Both the position numbers and the translations under genes were made by a program. Below are positions 23,362-36,899 of a stretch of DNA of 48,688 bases, piece by piece (within the stretch, counting starts at the first letter, position 1; the number at the start of each line of letters is the position of its first letter). The notes beneath the pieces are model-generated. The model was not told where the DNA came from, ran no database searches, and saw only the letters and a program-made list of their open reading frames with translations. The stretch lies in the NCBI RefSeq assembly GCF_001194135.2, contig NC_068987.1, positions 52,473,949-52,522,636 on the forward strand, read 5' to 3'. The stretch is from Octopus bimaculoides. Its lineage: Eukaryota.

Positions 23362-26003
23362 CTGCGGGATAGAATAATTACAGGCAATCCAGTTTAGTCG
23401 CAGAAATTTAATCGTCTTTAACAGCAGCAAACTGTTACGACGCACAAAGTTGGCTCAGACAATATTTCTATTCGTTAGGGAAGTATTAGTAACATTAGAA
23501 ATTAATTACATTCAAATCCGATTAATAATCGCATGATAGGAAATGCAAAATTTCGGAATTTGATTTTTGCAAATAAAATTAGTTACGATTTACAAATAAA
23601 GTCATACCATGTATTTTTATTGCACTGTAGTGATTCAATCTAAAGTGTATAATAGGCATTTGCATTTTGTTAATCAAATAACATTTATAGCACAGGAAAG
23701 GGACATGAAAACCTTGAATCTTGCTTCAAGCTAGCCATGCAGCAGTTCAGGGCGTGCTGAATCATTGATAAAAACAACATAAAATAATGTTTTTAGGAAC
23801 ATGAGATCAAACGTGATATTTGGCCAATGAGTGAGGCTTAGTACGGTAGTTCGTTCTGCAACAAATTTACACACTGCTGTCAACTATAATACCATAACAT
23901 CATAAATTTACGCACTATTGCCGTACCTTACCTCTACATATTATATACACATATGTAGCTGAATAAAAGATGGAGTCATTGACATAGCGACTCAAACATC
24001 ACATGCTAGTAGCCATCAACTGAATGACTTGTACCGAACATCTGACAATTTAAAAACATCTGGGACTAAACATTAACAACAAGGATATGATGTGTATGGG
24101 TATTAATGATTGGATGCCTATTTCATTCTCAGTCTAGCTTTTAAATGCGAGGTGAATTCTCTTTTCCCTCCATCAGAGTAAATACTCTTTTTCATACACT
24201 CTTACATCATTTGTACAAAAAAATGTATATACATCGTAAATGTCGTTAATTGTAAACTACATATCTAAATTAATGCATTCCGAATTTAATCTCACTTTTA
24301 TTATATGATTGAAAAATAATGATAAAATCAGTGTCGTTTTTCCTGTAACATGCACGCGTTTATTCCATGCAGAAAGCCAAAATTTGCTCTCCAGACACAA
24401 GGTCAATTTCTATCACGTCAATAGATTCCAATGTTTTCTCACAACGAATAACTTTCGAACAAATGTAGACTGTGTAATCTTTATAATTAGTAAATATCTC
24501 GCGAACTGCGAGTCGTTTGTAAATACGTGATGATATAAAGATGATATAGACAGTTTAGTAGATTTTACTTTAGTCATAATAAAGCCATGTGGCTATAGCT
24601 TTAAACTGATAGAGAACTAATAATTGAGAAACGAAATCAATGATAGAATGGCAGATAAATATTTGTATAGGATTTTTCTTTACATTCGTCTACGCAAACA
24701 CACCTACACTGTCGGTCATCCAAGCACAGACACACACGCACTCACATACGCAAATATACACACTCATACACACACATTCATAAGCATATATGTATGTGCG
24801 TAGCTGTTACAAGATCATACTAGTGTTATAGTGCGACTTCTGCAAAAGCAGATGTATAGTTGATTAGTTTTTTTTGTGGAAATACATCTTGGAAGTAAAT
24901 CGAGTTCATTGCATCATTGCACGTGGCAAAGAATTTAACAACAGCACTGAGACGCGTCCAAAACCATGATGCTCCCTTTAAAGTTGTATACGGAAATTTT
25001 AGCTCACGTTATTACAGAAAAGCTACTTACAATTTTGCGTTTGGAAACAGGAGGTATACAGAGGTACGTGATTGCTCCTGCCATGTGCAATTTCTTCCTT
25101 TAGGGTGTGATCTCAACGTTATGACGAAGATCGGGAAACTCATATCAAATCAAGCCTTATTGCAAAAATATGTTGCTATGGCAACTGTATATTGCAAGCT
25201 AAAATAGGTAATGAATGTTCAACGGATGTAGTATCGATGTGTGTGAGTTTAGTTTCGCGTTAGACATAACAAAAGGAAAAAAGAAAAAAAGGAGAGTACA
25301 CAAAATGCACGCACAAAATATTTTATAGTGATAACCGTTTGTGCAGCAGAAGTACTAATCTTTAGTTAAACAAGCAGTACAAAACTACAAGGCGGCCAGA
25401 GACAAAGAACATAATATCATTCTGTCCACAGCCTCCTATTCATTGTCGATTTTCATTCATACGTAATGGAAATAGACATNNNNNNNNNNNNNNNNNNNNN
25501 NNNNNNNNNNNNNNNNNNNNNNNNNNNNNNNNNNNNNNNNNNNNNNNNNNNNNNNNNNNNNNNNNNNNNNNNNNNNNNNNNNNNNNNNNNNNNNNNNNNN
25601 NNNNNNNNNNNNNNNNNNNNNNNNNNNNNNNNNNNNNNNNNNNNNNNNNNNNNNNNNNNNNNNNNNNNNNNNNNNNNNNNNNNNNNNNNNNNNNNNNNNN
25701 NNNNNNNNNNNNNNNNNNNNNNNNNNNNNNNNNNNNNNNNNNNNNNNNNNNNNNNNNNNNNNNNNNATACGACGACTTAGTATCTTACAAACAAAGCTCA
25801 TTCTATGAGTATAATACAAGGTAAAACACTTTAAAAACCCTTAAATATAACCACGCGAGTGTTCGGCTCGAGTGTGCATTTCACCCTTCATTTTTGTATG
25901 ACTTCACCTTTCATCCATTTCATGTTTTCGTCTCCACTTGTATTGTTCTGTCTGTCCTTGTGCCGTCTCTTCTGTGTTACGCCTCTATGGCGAAATAAAC
26001 AAA

Positions 26004-27093
26004 ATGTTTCAATCATCTCAAAGAGAACTATCAAAGCGGAATATTCAAGCAATGTTAGTATTCAACTTCAAGAAGCACCTAAAACAGCTGAAATTGCTCG
26101 CGATATCAACGAAATGTTTGGTGTGGAAATAACCAGTGAGTGGTTAGCTCGAAAATAATTTAAACGATTTCGCAGTGGAGACATGAGCGTAGTGGGAAAC
26201 CATTACGGTCAAGTAAAGACCGTCATTGAGAAAGATCCATGTAAAACCACTCGAGAAGTGGCAAAAGAACTTCAAGTTAGCCAGAAACTTGCATGAAATC
26301 ACATGCATGCGATCGGAAAATCAAAAAAGCTCGACAAATGGGTACCACACGATTTGAATGAAGAGAGAAAAAGCTGAGATATGAAATTTGCTCGTCGTTT
26401 CTTCTCCGTAACAACACCGATCCAGTTTTCGATCGTATTGTAACTAGTGATGAAAAGTGGATTCTGTACAATAATAAAAAAAAAACACGTTCTTCGCAAT
26501 GGTTGGACCAAAATGAAGTACCGAAAAATCTCCCCTAAACCCGAGCTCTTCAAAAAGAAGGTTATGGTGATTGTTTGGTGGTGTACTGCAGGACCCATCC
26601 ACTATAACTTCTTAAAACCCGGAAATAACATTACTGCAAAAACATATTGCCATGAAATTGCCAAAATGAACGAAAGACTGCAAATCCTCCCTCCCAGACT
26701 GTTCAACAGAAGAGGCCCAATCATTCTTCATGACATTGCTCGACCACACATTTCAAACATGATGCTCCAGAAATTGAGGGAACTGGGCTACAAAGTCCTT
26801 CCCCACTTATTCCCTAGGCTTTTCTCCAAGCGACTACCACTCTTTCAAGTATCTTGATGGTTTCTCCCGAGAGAAGGAGTTCAAAAATTAAACCGATGTT
26901 AAAAATGCGTTCAAAGAATTCATCAGCTCCAGAACACCGGATTTTATGTTACCGGGAGAAACAAACTTGTAACTCGTTGGCAAAAATGTGTTGATTGTAA
27001 TGGTACTTACTTTGATGAATAAAATTTCTGCATTGTTGAAATATGTGATGAATTTCATGTTTCAAAACATTGTTTACTTTCTACTCAGCCTGA
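26004..27093 (+). pseudogene. Mariner (D,D34D) transposase pseudogene with right TIR
   Basis: With frameshifts and stops: FKRFRSGD, LDKWVPHDL, RIVTSDEKWILY, KKVMVIVWW, ILHDIARPH, SPSDYH, RWQKCVDCNGTYFDE* (stop at 27020-27022). Right TIR remnant ends ...tactcagcctga-TA. Left TIR not seen. Confidence 0.95.
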
Positions 27094-27589
27094 TATATGA
27101 ATTTTCATTACGTCGGTAATCATAAGAATCATCAAAATAAAAAATGATTGGTTAGTTAGGGATATTATGCATTAATGAAGAATTGGAATTNNNNNNNNNN
27201 NNNNNNNNNNNNNNNNNNNNNNNNNNNNNNNNNNNNNNNNNNNNNNNNNNNNNNNNNNNNNNNNNNNNNNNNNNNNNNNNNNNNNNNNNNNNNNNNNNNN
27301 NNNNNNNNNNNNNNNNNNNNNNNNNNNNNNNNNNNNNNNNNNNNNNNNNNNNNNNNNNNNNNNNNNNNNNNNNNNNNNNNNNNNNNNNNNNNNNNNNNNN
27401 NNNNNNNNNNNNNNNNNNNNNNNNNNNNNNNNNNNNNNNNNNNNNNNNNNNNNNNNNNNNNNNNNNNNNNNNNNNNNNNNNNGCTTTCAATATTCCCAAA
27501 GCTTTCAATGCTGTTTTTACACTTTTCATTGCCTAACATTTGGGGTTTCTTTTCCTTTTTGGTACGAAGAAATATATTTTACTCCTTAC

Positions 27590-27766
27590 TTGAATGGAAA
27601 GTGGCTGCCATTACTTCCAAAATCATACAGAAGCTGTATTTCGTCTCGCCATCCCTCTCTGTACTTAAGAAGTTTAGCTGCAATGTGGAAGGCATCTAGT
27701 TGATATTTTTTCTTAAAACCGCAACTCCTTCGGTATATCACAGTAAATGAGTTATTATTGGTATAA
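27590..27766 (-). CDS. Candidate 177-nt symmetric (phase 2-2) coding exon of an unidentified host gene
   Basis: cccagtttatacattcatag|T...AA|gtaagg. Open frame YTNNNSFTVIYRRSCGFKKKYQLDAFHIAAKLLKYREGWRDEIQLLYDFGSNGSHFPF. A stop follows immediately if unspliced. No recognised homology. Confidence 0.4.
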
Positions 27767-29409
27767 CTATGAATGTATAAACTGGGTATAGAAGCTAAAG
27801 ATTTCGAAGAAGTTTGCCCATGGTTATACTCTTTTTATCTAAGTTCTGGAAACGATATTCACATCAGCAGGATAACTGATCTCCATATATTTTCTTCTCT
27901 GCCCACGCTGTCATGTTTATGCACGTATTCAATAATATGATGCTCCCTATATTTATCTAAGGACAGCTATTTTTCTCGGATGGCATTGCATAATGTTTTA
28001 GCAACAACGCCGTGTCACATTGCGAGTTGGTATCTTAATGGCATTTTTAGGAAAGATGTGACAGAATCGACATTTACATTTGTATTTTCGGGATGCAATG
28101 GTTTCACTTTGTTTTTTCTCCCTATGTGTGTAGATATGTATAATAACCAAACTCTACAACACAGTTGCTCTAGAAATGTAACTTCAGGAGATGAAAAAAA
28201 AAATGAAAGGATTTCGTTTCTGTAGTCAATGATAAATGCAAATTTCTGTATAATTTTCACTATAATGTGCAAGATATAAATATATTGTTCAATGACTAAT
28301 TTACATAACAATTTTACAACAATCCGTTTTATTTGCAATAGTACGTTTTATTATCTATGTAAAGTTTTATCAATAACTCTCATGAATTCTATGACATCAA
28401 AACAACACATTAACATTTTTTTATGAAAACAGTTAAGTAAAGTTTGTATATCATATAAATTTCATGTCATATATTTTATATATTTAATGACAGTGAAATC
28501 TGTATAGACAATCTCACCGGATAAACAAGAACATTAGCTTATATCATATGAAATGTATTCTATGCACATATATCTTTATTGTGTCCAATCTCACATGAGA
28601 TGTATATGAACATTGTAGAAGACACTTAACGAAACTGCTCGCAGAGGTAAGACTGAAAAACACTAGTTTGTTGAGAAAACGTTTTAACCATGGATATACT
28701 CGTGTTTTCTAAATCCAGCCACAAAATATAGAACTATATGTTATTTAAATATTATACCGAATAGAAATGAAATATTTATAAATATTAAATATTAATAAGA
28801 AAGTCAATACATATGATTATTTTGAAATAATTTAATATGGACGTTTCGGTTCTGCATAATATACTATAATAGGAAATGCAACCATTACCTGAGACATTCT
28901 TTAGTTAATTTTTTTCGAATAATGAAGTGTGTATTACGCAATTGATGCTGTTCGTATTTTATATGTTACATATTAGGCAGACAGAAATGTACGTATTATA
29001 TGATTTCAAAATATCGCTGTTTGGTTATGCGACTCGATGCCAGTACAAACTAATCGTTCCAAACCTCACTTATGCAGATACTCTTACGATGATTTGGAGT
29101 AGTGTGTTATATTTGAGTCCAGTTGAACATTTTTGTACCTTGACGAATCTTAGCGTAACACGAAATATATACATATTCATACATACACACATACATACAT
29201 ATAAATCTGCATAAACTGGGATTTTCACAAAGACAGGTCGATTGGCATACATTACAAGTGCAATCTGTAAGTGGAACGATAAAAATACGCAAGGATTTTC
29301 TGAAGTTCCAAATGTGAATTTGTCTATGTTAACTACATCCCAAAGATGAAGCTTTTATCTTGGTTGGAAAGCAGCTTCCTCCTCAGCGGAAGATTTGCAC
29401 TGATCGAAA

Positions 29410-29566
29410 GTACATACATGCATACATACATACATACATACATGCATACATACATACAAATATACATGCATACATACATACAAACATACATGCATACATA
29501 CATACAAAATATACATACATAATACATACATACATACATACATACATACATACATACATACATACA
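29410..29566. repeat. (TACA)n tetranucleotide repeat
   Basis: Directly visible. Confidence 0.95.
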
Positions 29567-29590
29567 GAGAGACAGACAAATACATATAAA

Positions 29591-29965
29591 GGCGCAATCA
29601 AGGCCGTATGGTAAGAGGTTTGCTGACGAAATACATGGATCCAAGCCCATTCCTAGTGCTGCGTGGTAGCTTGGGTAGGTGTCTTGTACTATGAGTGGAT
29701 TTAGCAGACGGAAACTGAGAGGAACCCGTCGTGTCTAAGTGCGTGTGTGTGTGTATGTGTGTGTGTATGTATGTATGTGTGTTTGTGTCTGTGTTTGTCC
29801 CGAACCACCTCTTGACAATCCGTGCTGATGTGTTTACGTTGCCCTAACTTAGCTATCTGACAAAAGTGTCGATGGAATAAGTACCAAGCTTAAAAATAAA
29901 ATAAGTTGGATTAAAAATAAGTGCTGTCCCAGTATGGCCGCTATTCTAATAAGTGAAACAAGTAA
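29591..29965 (+). mobile_element. Diverged SINE family A
   Basis: ggcgca...gtatggtaagagg head, gagtggatttagcagacggaaactg, (TG)n, ctcttgacaatccgtgctgatgtgtttacg, tail cccagtatggccgc...gaaacaagtaa. Confidence 0.75.
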
Positions 29966-31339
29966 CAGGTAAAAAAATGGCACGTATGTGTGTGTCTACA
30001 TGTGTTTGTGTGAGTGTGTCTGTGCTTATGTGTGCTTATGAGGGTGTGTATATATACATATGTATATATATATATATATNNNNNNNNNNNNNNNNNNNNN
30101 NNNNNNNNNNNNNNNNNNNNNNNNNNNNNNNNNNNNNNNNNNNNNNNNNNNNNNNNNNNNNNNNNNNNNNNNNNNNNNNNNNNNNNNNNNNNNNNNNNNN
30201 NNNNNTATGTATGTATATATATATATGTATGTATATATATATATATACATGTATACATATACATACATACATGTAAACACACACGCACGCACACAAACAC
30301 ACACACACGCACACACAGACACACGTACACATACACACACGCACACACAGACACAGACACACACACACACACACACACACATACACACACAAACGCATAT
30401 ATGTATATAAAGGTAGAAAAAAATTACAGTTCGCAGTTATTCCATTTACAACAGGCATTAAGATGTACAGAGACAGTAAACTATTATGCACGCCTGTTGA
30501 GAATAGATGTTTGGACTCATGGAAACAATGCCTAGAGCGCTTAAGCGTTCGTCTACTTGAAAACAAGAACGCAGACATTTACAATAATACTTAAAAGCAA
30601 ATTAAATAGTCGTACATTTATTATTGTTTATACGTTACGCTCTTTTTTGTTTGTCTGTTACAGTTTCTGTACATTTGCTACTGCTGCTTCTGTTATTATC
30701 GTCTCCGATGTTAATTTTGATTAGTTCTACTTTAGCCTTCATCGAACATATATCTGGGAAATGTCATTCCAGTTGCAGACATCTACATTTTTGCTGAGGC
30801 AATGTATCTAAGAATATGATATACAACATTTTTATCTCTTTAAATAAAAGTAGGCATGATTGCAGCGAAATTTAACTAATTTTAGCTGATTTGAAGTAAA
30901 TAGAAACGCTTCGTTGTTTGTTTAATCAAATTAAGTGGCTCAGGATGTAATTCGCCACTACATCATAGAAGCTATACGGTATCCTTATAAAAAGAATATA
31001 ATTGACGTTATTTTGGATTAGTATTTGTTTTGCTTGTTAGGAAAAATGTTGTTATAAATATAATTTGGAAAGTTTTCAAGAAAATAGGTGCAAAAAATTC
31101 AAAGAGATATACAAATGAAACGAGCAAAGTGAAAAAAAATGAAATAAAATTATTTAACATAATTATTAACATCTGGGTTTATTTGTTTACATTATTGAAA
31201 CGCATGTTCTCTATATATTAACGAAATAATGAAGGATGATAATTTTTCAACTTAACATTGCTATAAATTCACAAATATCCTTCTCTTTATTTTCATCCTC
31301 TTCCTTTTCGTCGTTATCTTCATCAAGGTCATTTTAGAT

Positions 31340-31600
31340 TAATGTAAGAACGTAAGTTGTCTACATTAATTTTTCTGAAGTGCTCTGTTCAGTGAGTGTC
31401 TTTTCCTTACCATTTCTGTTAGTTACCAGATGTTCTAAATATTTGCTATTCCTCTTCCTTCTAAATCAATTGATCCTTGGATGTCCTACGTTCATTTTCT
31501 CTCCTGCATCTGTTCCAAGACACCCTTGCCAACTATTCCTCTTGTACTGACATAGAAGCCATCGGAGCACTGGAAAAGTGCCACTTGTATCATAATGGTT
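31340..31600 (-). mobile_element. Possible very decayed RTE-like ORF2 C-terminal fragment
   Basis: Broken minus-strand frames give RRKRNSKYLEHLVTN and MVRKRHSLNRALQKN*CRQLTFLH, loosely like RTE RRM.RI.W.E..TN...KRSL....RKRQL.FLGH. Confidence 0.3.
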
Positions 31601-31699
31601 TGCATCGGATATCAAATGTGGATATTTGATTTCCATGACTGCTGTTTAATGCTCTATCAATAGGCGTAAAATATGAAATAGACAGCTGCAATGGAGTCT

Positions 31700-32262
31700 A
31701 CGAAGTTGTGGCCAGCAGGAAGGGGCACGGCAGGTGTTCTGCCAATGTCGGCAGAACGCCTAACGTCAGCACGCTAGAATCTATCCGACAACCCCAGGAC
31801 AGTGCTTTAGGCTCAATTCGGACGTCAATGTGAAGCTGCTGAAGACTGGTCAATCCTTGTTTGAAGAGGGTTCTTGCTGGGAAGTCATATGTGTGTCGAT
31901 AGGATTCGGCACCCAGCCATACTTGAGGGAAAATATGCAGCTCCAATTTCTAGCCTCCTAATAACCCCGATTGCAACTCAACAAATTACAAGCTGTACAG
32001 TGCGATCGACAAAAACGCCACAGCATTGCCTGCAGCACCATAGTCGAGGTGGTGACCAATATCAAGGAAGTGTTCAAAATTATTTCCATGGACACAATGA
32101 GATACGCATGTGATAGATAGGTTCGGGAGCTGTCTTGCTGGAACTGTTATCTCAACAATAATCTAGTTGATATTTTCTGATTTTTGAAAAAATATTTTTA
32201 TATTTGAGACATTGTGCTTTCTTTCATTTTTACAGAAACTGTTAAATCTAGACCGAACACGC
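31700..32262 (+). pseudogene. Tc1/mariner maT-type (DD37D-like) transposase relic
   Basis: FRLNSDVNVKLLK, then VNPCLKRVLAGKSYVCR*DSAPSHT*...F*PPNNPDCNSTNY, matching maT motifs YVWQQDSAP.H and WPPNSPDCNP.DY. About 11 codons are missing between the two motifs. Possible terminus tagaccgaacac at ~32250-32261. Confidence 0.8.
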
Positions 32263-33596
32263 AATAGACGCAGATCGCCCTACGGGACAATTACGGCAGC
32301 GTAAATGTGGTGTATTTTCAAGATGGCCCAGTACAATATAAATGACACAAGCGCACAGAAATTGCTATAAAATGAAAAAAATATCTAAATATCTCAAAAT
32401 ACTCTGTTTAACACCTGTCAAATACAACGATTATAAAAGTAGTGCATCAGTTAACTTCGGAATATTTCCATCTTGCATACTTCTGCTGTGTACAGAAATA
32501 ACATTAATGCATAGGGTGGAACTATTGTTATACTACATGCTCTATGTTGAAATATGCAGAATAGACATCAGCTACGAGGAGATAAATGCAAAAATGTATA
32601 AGATGAATCCCTGTGTCATGCAACGTACAGAATCCTTCTTGAGCTGGGCCTAACATGACAAAGTTTTCACAATATGAGCGAAAGTCTTTCTGATCGGATG
32701 GAACAAAAGCTAAATATTAATAGCGGTAACAGTAACGGCAAATCAACACCAACAAAAACAACCTAAGCATTACAGTAACAATGTTTTCGAAAATATTTAT
32801 TTACGTGAAAGAATTCGAGATAATTCGTCATTAACAGATAAATGGCGTTTAACCTCAAGAAGACTGTAGAAACATATATGTCACTGGACGAACGTTTCAC
32901 TAATTGCACAGTACAGTAATGAATATTAGATTAAAATAGATTTCTGTGTATTATACTAAATATAGATACATTGCGAAAAGCTAGTTCGGAGTGTTATTCG
33001 TCCAGAGAGCGATTATCTCTTATAGACAAATTGTATTTTATATCTCTTTTAAAAGCAGCAATTCGATAATTTTTATTTTCTCTGGAGGAATACCGCAGTA
33101 AATTTGTTTGTCACAATGCACCTTTATTTGTTATGATACAAAAATAACAAAGTCAGCTGAAGTACAACTCATCAGTTCATACAAAGAAATAACAGTTTTG
33201 CATTCCATTTGAGTGGAAACATCATCAATAATCTTAGTATGATTGAAGGTTACTTGAACGAAACAAATTTGCAAAGAAAACGGTCAAACATAATTAGGAT
33301 CGTATTAAAAGGAAATAAAGCTAATTAAATCAAATATTTTACTTCCTGCACAATAAATTCAACATAATCAATATAATCAGTCTAAAAATAGAGAGGAAGC
33401 TGTTCCTTGTAAAATATTCATCGTAAATGTTCAAGTGTAAATTATGTTCATGTGGCATACATACAAATCATCGATTGCAAATGTGATTGTGTAATATTAT
33501 TTCGTAAAGTTAAGTTCCCTATATGTGCCACAGACACAAGCACACATACACACACTCACACACACATACACACACTCACACACACATATGCATAAA

Positions 33597-33680
<84 letters not shown>

Positions 33681-34204
33681 GTGAGTGAGTGAAGGACAGA
33701 AGGCTATATATATATATATAATTTTAAAAGAAACAGAAAGAAAAGAAGAAAAAACAACAAGGCGCAGATGTAGCACATGCCAAGTATTAATAAGACGCTC
33801 AGAAAGGAAAGAAAAAGTAATTGTTTTATGTTTCGATCATAGCTCTTCTTCGGAAATAGGAGACATAGGAAAGTCCAAAAGAAAAGAAAGCGGGGAGAGG
33901 GGGGATACATCATCAAGAGTTCGCGTGTAGTTATAAAAATTAAAACAGATAATTAGTAGTAAAATAATACAAATAATAAGTAGGAACTGGTAAAATAAAG
34001 TCACAAAGGTAAAATATTGTATGAACAGATCAGTGACAGAAATAAAGAAAAAATAAAAATAAAAGTTAAAAAGATAAAAATTAAAATATAAGAAAAATGA
34101 AATAAAAAATGATGAAATAATAAAATTTAAAAAAATGAATAAAAGTAATAAATAAATGAGTGAAAGTAATATGGGGTAAAATTTATTTTTTACGCAAGGT
34201 CTAG

Positions 34205-36366
34205 CGACAGTCATTGAGAGAAGGGGGTTGTGTTGATTCTGAAAGGTGTTTATATATGTAGAGTAAAGATGTAATGTGGTTCCAGGCGGAGTCTAGAGTT
34301 GGTGGATCCATTATGTAGGGAAGACTGGAGACGGTGATATTTGAGGTGGAGTGGTTGACCAAGCAAAGATGATGGGTGACGGGGATGTTCAAACGCAGAC
34401 GAACATCCTGCAGATGGCCCGTTTGGCGAACGCAAAGTTTGTTGCAGAGATTACATCTGATGCAGTAAATAAGGCCGAAGTGCAGGAGAAAGATTTCCTA
34501 ATGTAGAGGTCGTGTTGGTTGGAGCCGGTAAGGGAGGTGATGATAGAGATAAAGAGACAAGTGTGGCCTCGGGATCTGGAGCAAGGGAACGATCCAGGTT
34601 GAGTTGGGATGTAGTCGGGAGCGTGCTACTGACCGGTAGATCGCCTAGATTACGGGTGCGCTTGAAAGANNNNNNNNNNNNNNNNNNNNNNNNNNNNNNN
34701 NNNNNNNNNNNNNNNNNNNNNNNNNNNNNNNNNNNNNNNNNNNNNNNNNNNNNNNNNNNNNNNNNNNNNNNNNNNNNNNNNNNNNNNNNNNNNNNNNNNN
34801 NNNNNNNNNNNNNNNNNNNNNNNNNNNNNNNNNNNNNNNNNNNNNNNNNNNNNNNNNNNNNNNNNNNNNNNNNNNNNNNNNNNNNNNNNNNNNNNNNNNN
34901 NNNNNNNNNNNNNNNNNNNNNNNNNNNNNNNNNNNNNNNNNNNNNNNNNNNNNNNNNNNNNNNNNNNNNNNNNNNNNNNNNNNNNNNNNNNNNNNNNNNN
35001 NNNNNNNNNNNNNNNNNNNNNNNNNNNNNNNNNNNNNNNNNNNNNNNNNNNNNNNNNNNNNNNNNNNNNNNNNNNNNNNNNNNNNNNNNNNNNNNNNNNN
35101 NNNNNNNNNNNNNNNNNNNNNNNNNNNNNNNNNNNNNNNNNNNNNNNNNNNNNNNNNNNNNNNNNNNNNNNNNNNNNNNNNNNNNNNNNNNNNNNNNNNN
35201 NNNNNNNNNNNNNNNNNNNNNNNNNNNNNNNNNNNNNNNNNNNNNNNNNNNNNNNNNNNNNNNNNNNNNNNNNNNNNNNNNNNNNNNNNNNNNNNNNNNN
35301 NNNNNNNNNNNNNNNNNNNNNNNNNNNNNNNNNNNNNNNNNNNNNNNNNNNNNNNNNNNNNNNNNNNNNNNNNNNNNNNNNNNNNNNNNNNNNNNNNNNN
35401 NNNNNNNNNNNNNNNNNNNNNNNNNNNNNNNNNNNNNNNNNNNNNNNNNNNNNNNNNNNNNNNNNNNNNNNNNNNNNNNNNNNNNNNNNNNNNNNNNNNN
35501 NNNNNNNNNNNNNNNNNNNNNNNNNNNNNNNNNNNNNNNNNNNNNNNNNNNNNNNNNNNNNNNNNNNNNNNNNNNNNNNNNNNNNGAATATATAGGCCCC
35601 AAACTAACCAACAAATAAGTCGGTGAAATTGGGATCCATGCTCGTTCCCACAACAACGCTAGAAGGGATGGATAATATCTCCCGCGAACGTAAAGCAGTT
35701 GAGAGCGAGGACGAGTGTTGCTAGGCGCACAAGGGGGAAGGGGCTGAGTGTTGTGACGGGGCGATAATCGGGGAAGTATTGGAATGGTAAGAGACCGTCG
35801 TTTTGGTGGATCACCGTGTACAAGGATTTGATTTTCAAGGTGAAAAAGAAGTGTGAGGAGCCGGAAGGGAAGGAGAAGGAATTGAATAGGCGAAGGGCGT
35901 AGTTGGTGACTTGTATATGGGATAAGAGGGCAGTAACTAAATGGGACAGAATGAGGTGGAGATATTTTGAAATGAGTTCTGTGGAGCAGTTACAAGTGGA
36001 AACAATGAGGCGCCAGGGTTGTTGGTTTGTGTATTTTGGAAAGGAAATAGATGCTGGATGTACGGGATGTTCTGATGACGAGGTTGCTGTTAGTAGTGGG
36101 GGGGTGGGAAGAGGAGATGAGTTCAAGTATGTTGGAGGATATGTGCTGCTGGTAGAAGGAGTGGAGGCTATAGAGTAGGGGGGTTTCGGAGCTGTCTGAG
36201 CCCCTCCTTCCAGTATAGGTCCAGACCCCACAATACGAGGGCTCCACCTGTGTCTGCCAGCTTGGCGACGATGTTGTTGCGTTGCAGGAGGTGGTGAAGG
36301 GCGACCAGTTCAGGTTGGGTCATGTTGGTCCGGTGGGATCTTTTTCTGAAATTGAATCGGTCGACC
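34205..36366 (-). mobile_element. Penelope-like retroelement (PLE), decayed: RT + GIY-YIG endonuclease
   Basis: RT motifs IVAKLADTGGALVLW, IYFLSKIHKP, RLIVSTCNCSTELISKYL, KSLYTVIH, LVLALNCFTFAG and VVGTSMDPNF. After the gap (34670-35586): SFKRTRNLGD, FSCTS, LIYCIRCNLCNKLCVRQTG (GIY-YIG with CxxC), PVTHH, and QPPSLN at the C-terminus. Confidence 0.93.
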
Positions 36367-36551
36367 NNNNNNNNNNNNNNNNNNNNNNNNNNNNNNNNNN
36401 NNNNNNNNNNNNNNNNNNNNNNNNNNNNNNNNNNNNNNNNNNNNNNNNNNNNNNNNNNNNNNNNNNNNNNNNNNNNNNNNNNNNNNNNNNNNNNNNNNNN
36501 NNNNNNNNNNNNNNNNNNNNNNNNNNNNNNNNNNNNNNNNNNNNNNNNNNN

Positions 36552-36598
<47 letters not shown>

Positions 36599-36899
36599 CC
36601 CGTTTTTAATTCCTGGTCGTAACACTAGTTTTATATTCAAGCGAACATATTTGCCTCCATTTCTCAGAAAAGGAAAGCAATTCATATTATTTAATCATCA
36701 AACTGATGATATATGTGCCTGTCTGTCTGTCTGTATGTATGTATATATGTATGTATCATGTTCTTACGTACGCATGTATGTGTGCGTGTGTGTATGTATG
36801 TATGTATAATAATGATTAATTGTCTATCAAATGAAAAAAATAAAGCTAAAATTTCAAGGAAGTCTTAGAAAATCGGAAACATCATTTTGAAAATTCGTT

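Noticed and set aside
24917-25207. 96-aa plus ORF with GCDLNV (ankyrin-like) segment
   Set aside because: No TPLH helix motif, inconsistent splice signals and no recognisable homology.
32260-32335. CpG-rich patch with CAAGATGGC (YY1-like)
   Set aside because: A single short motif next to a transposon end cannot support a promoter call.
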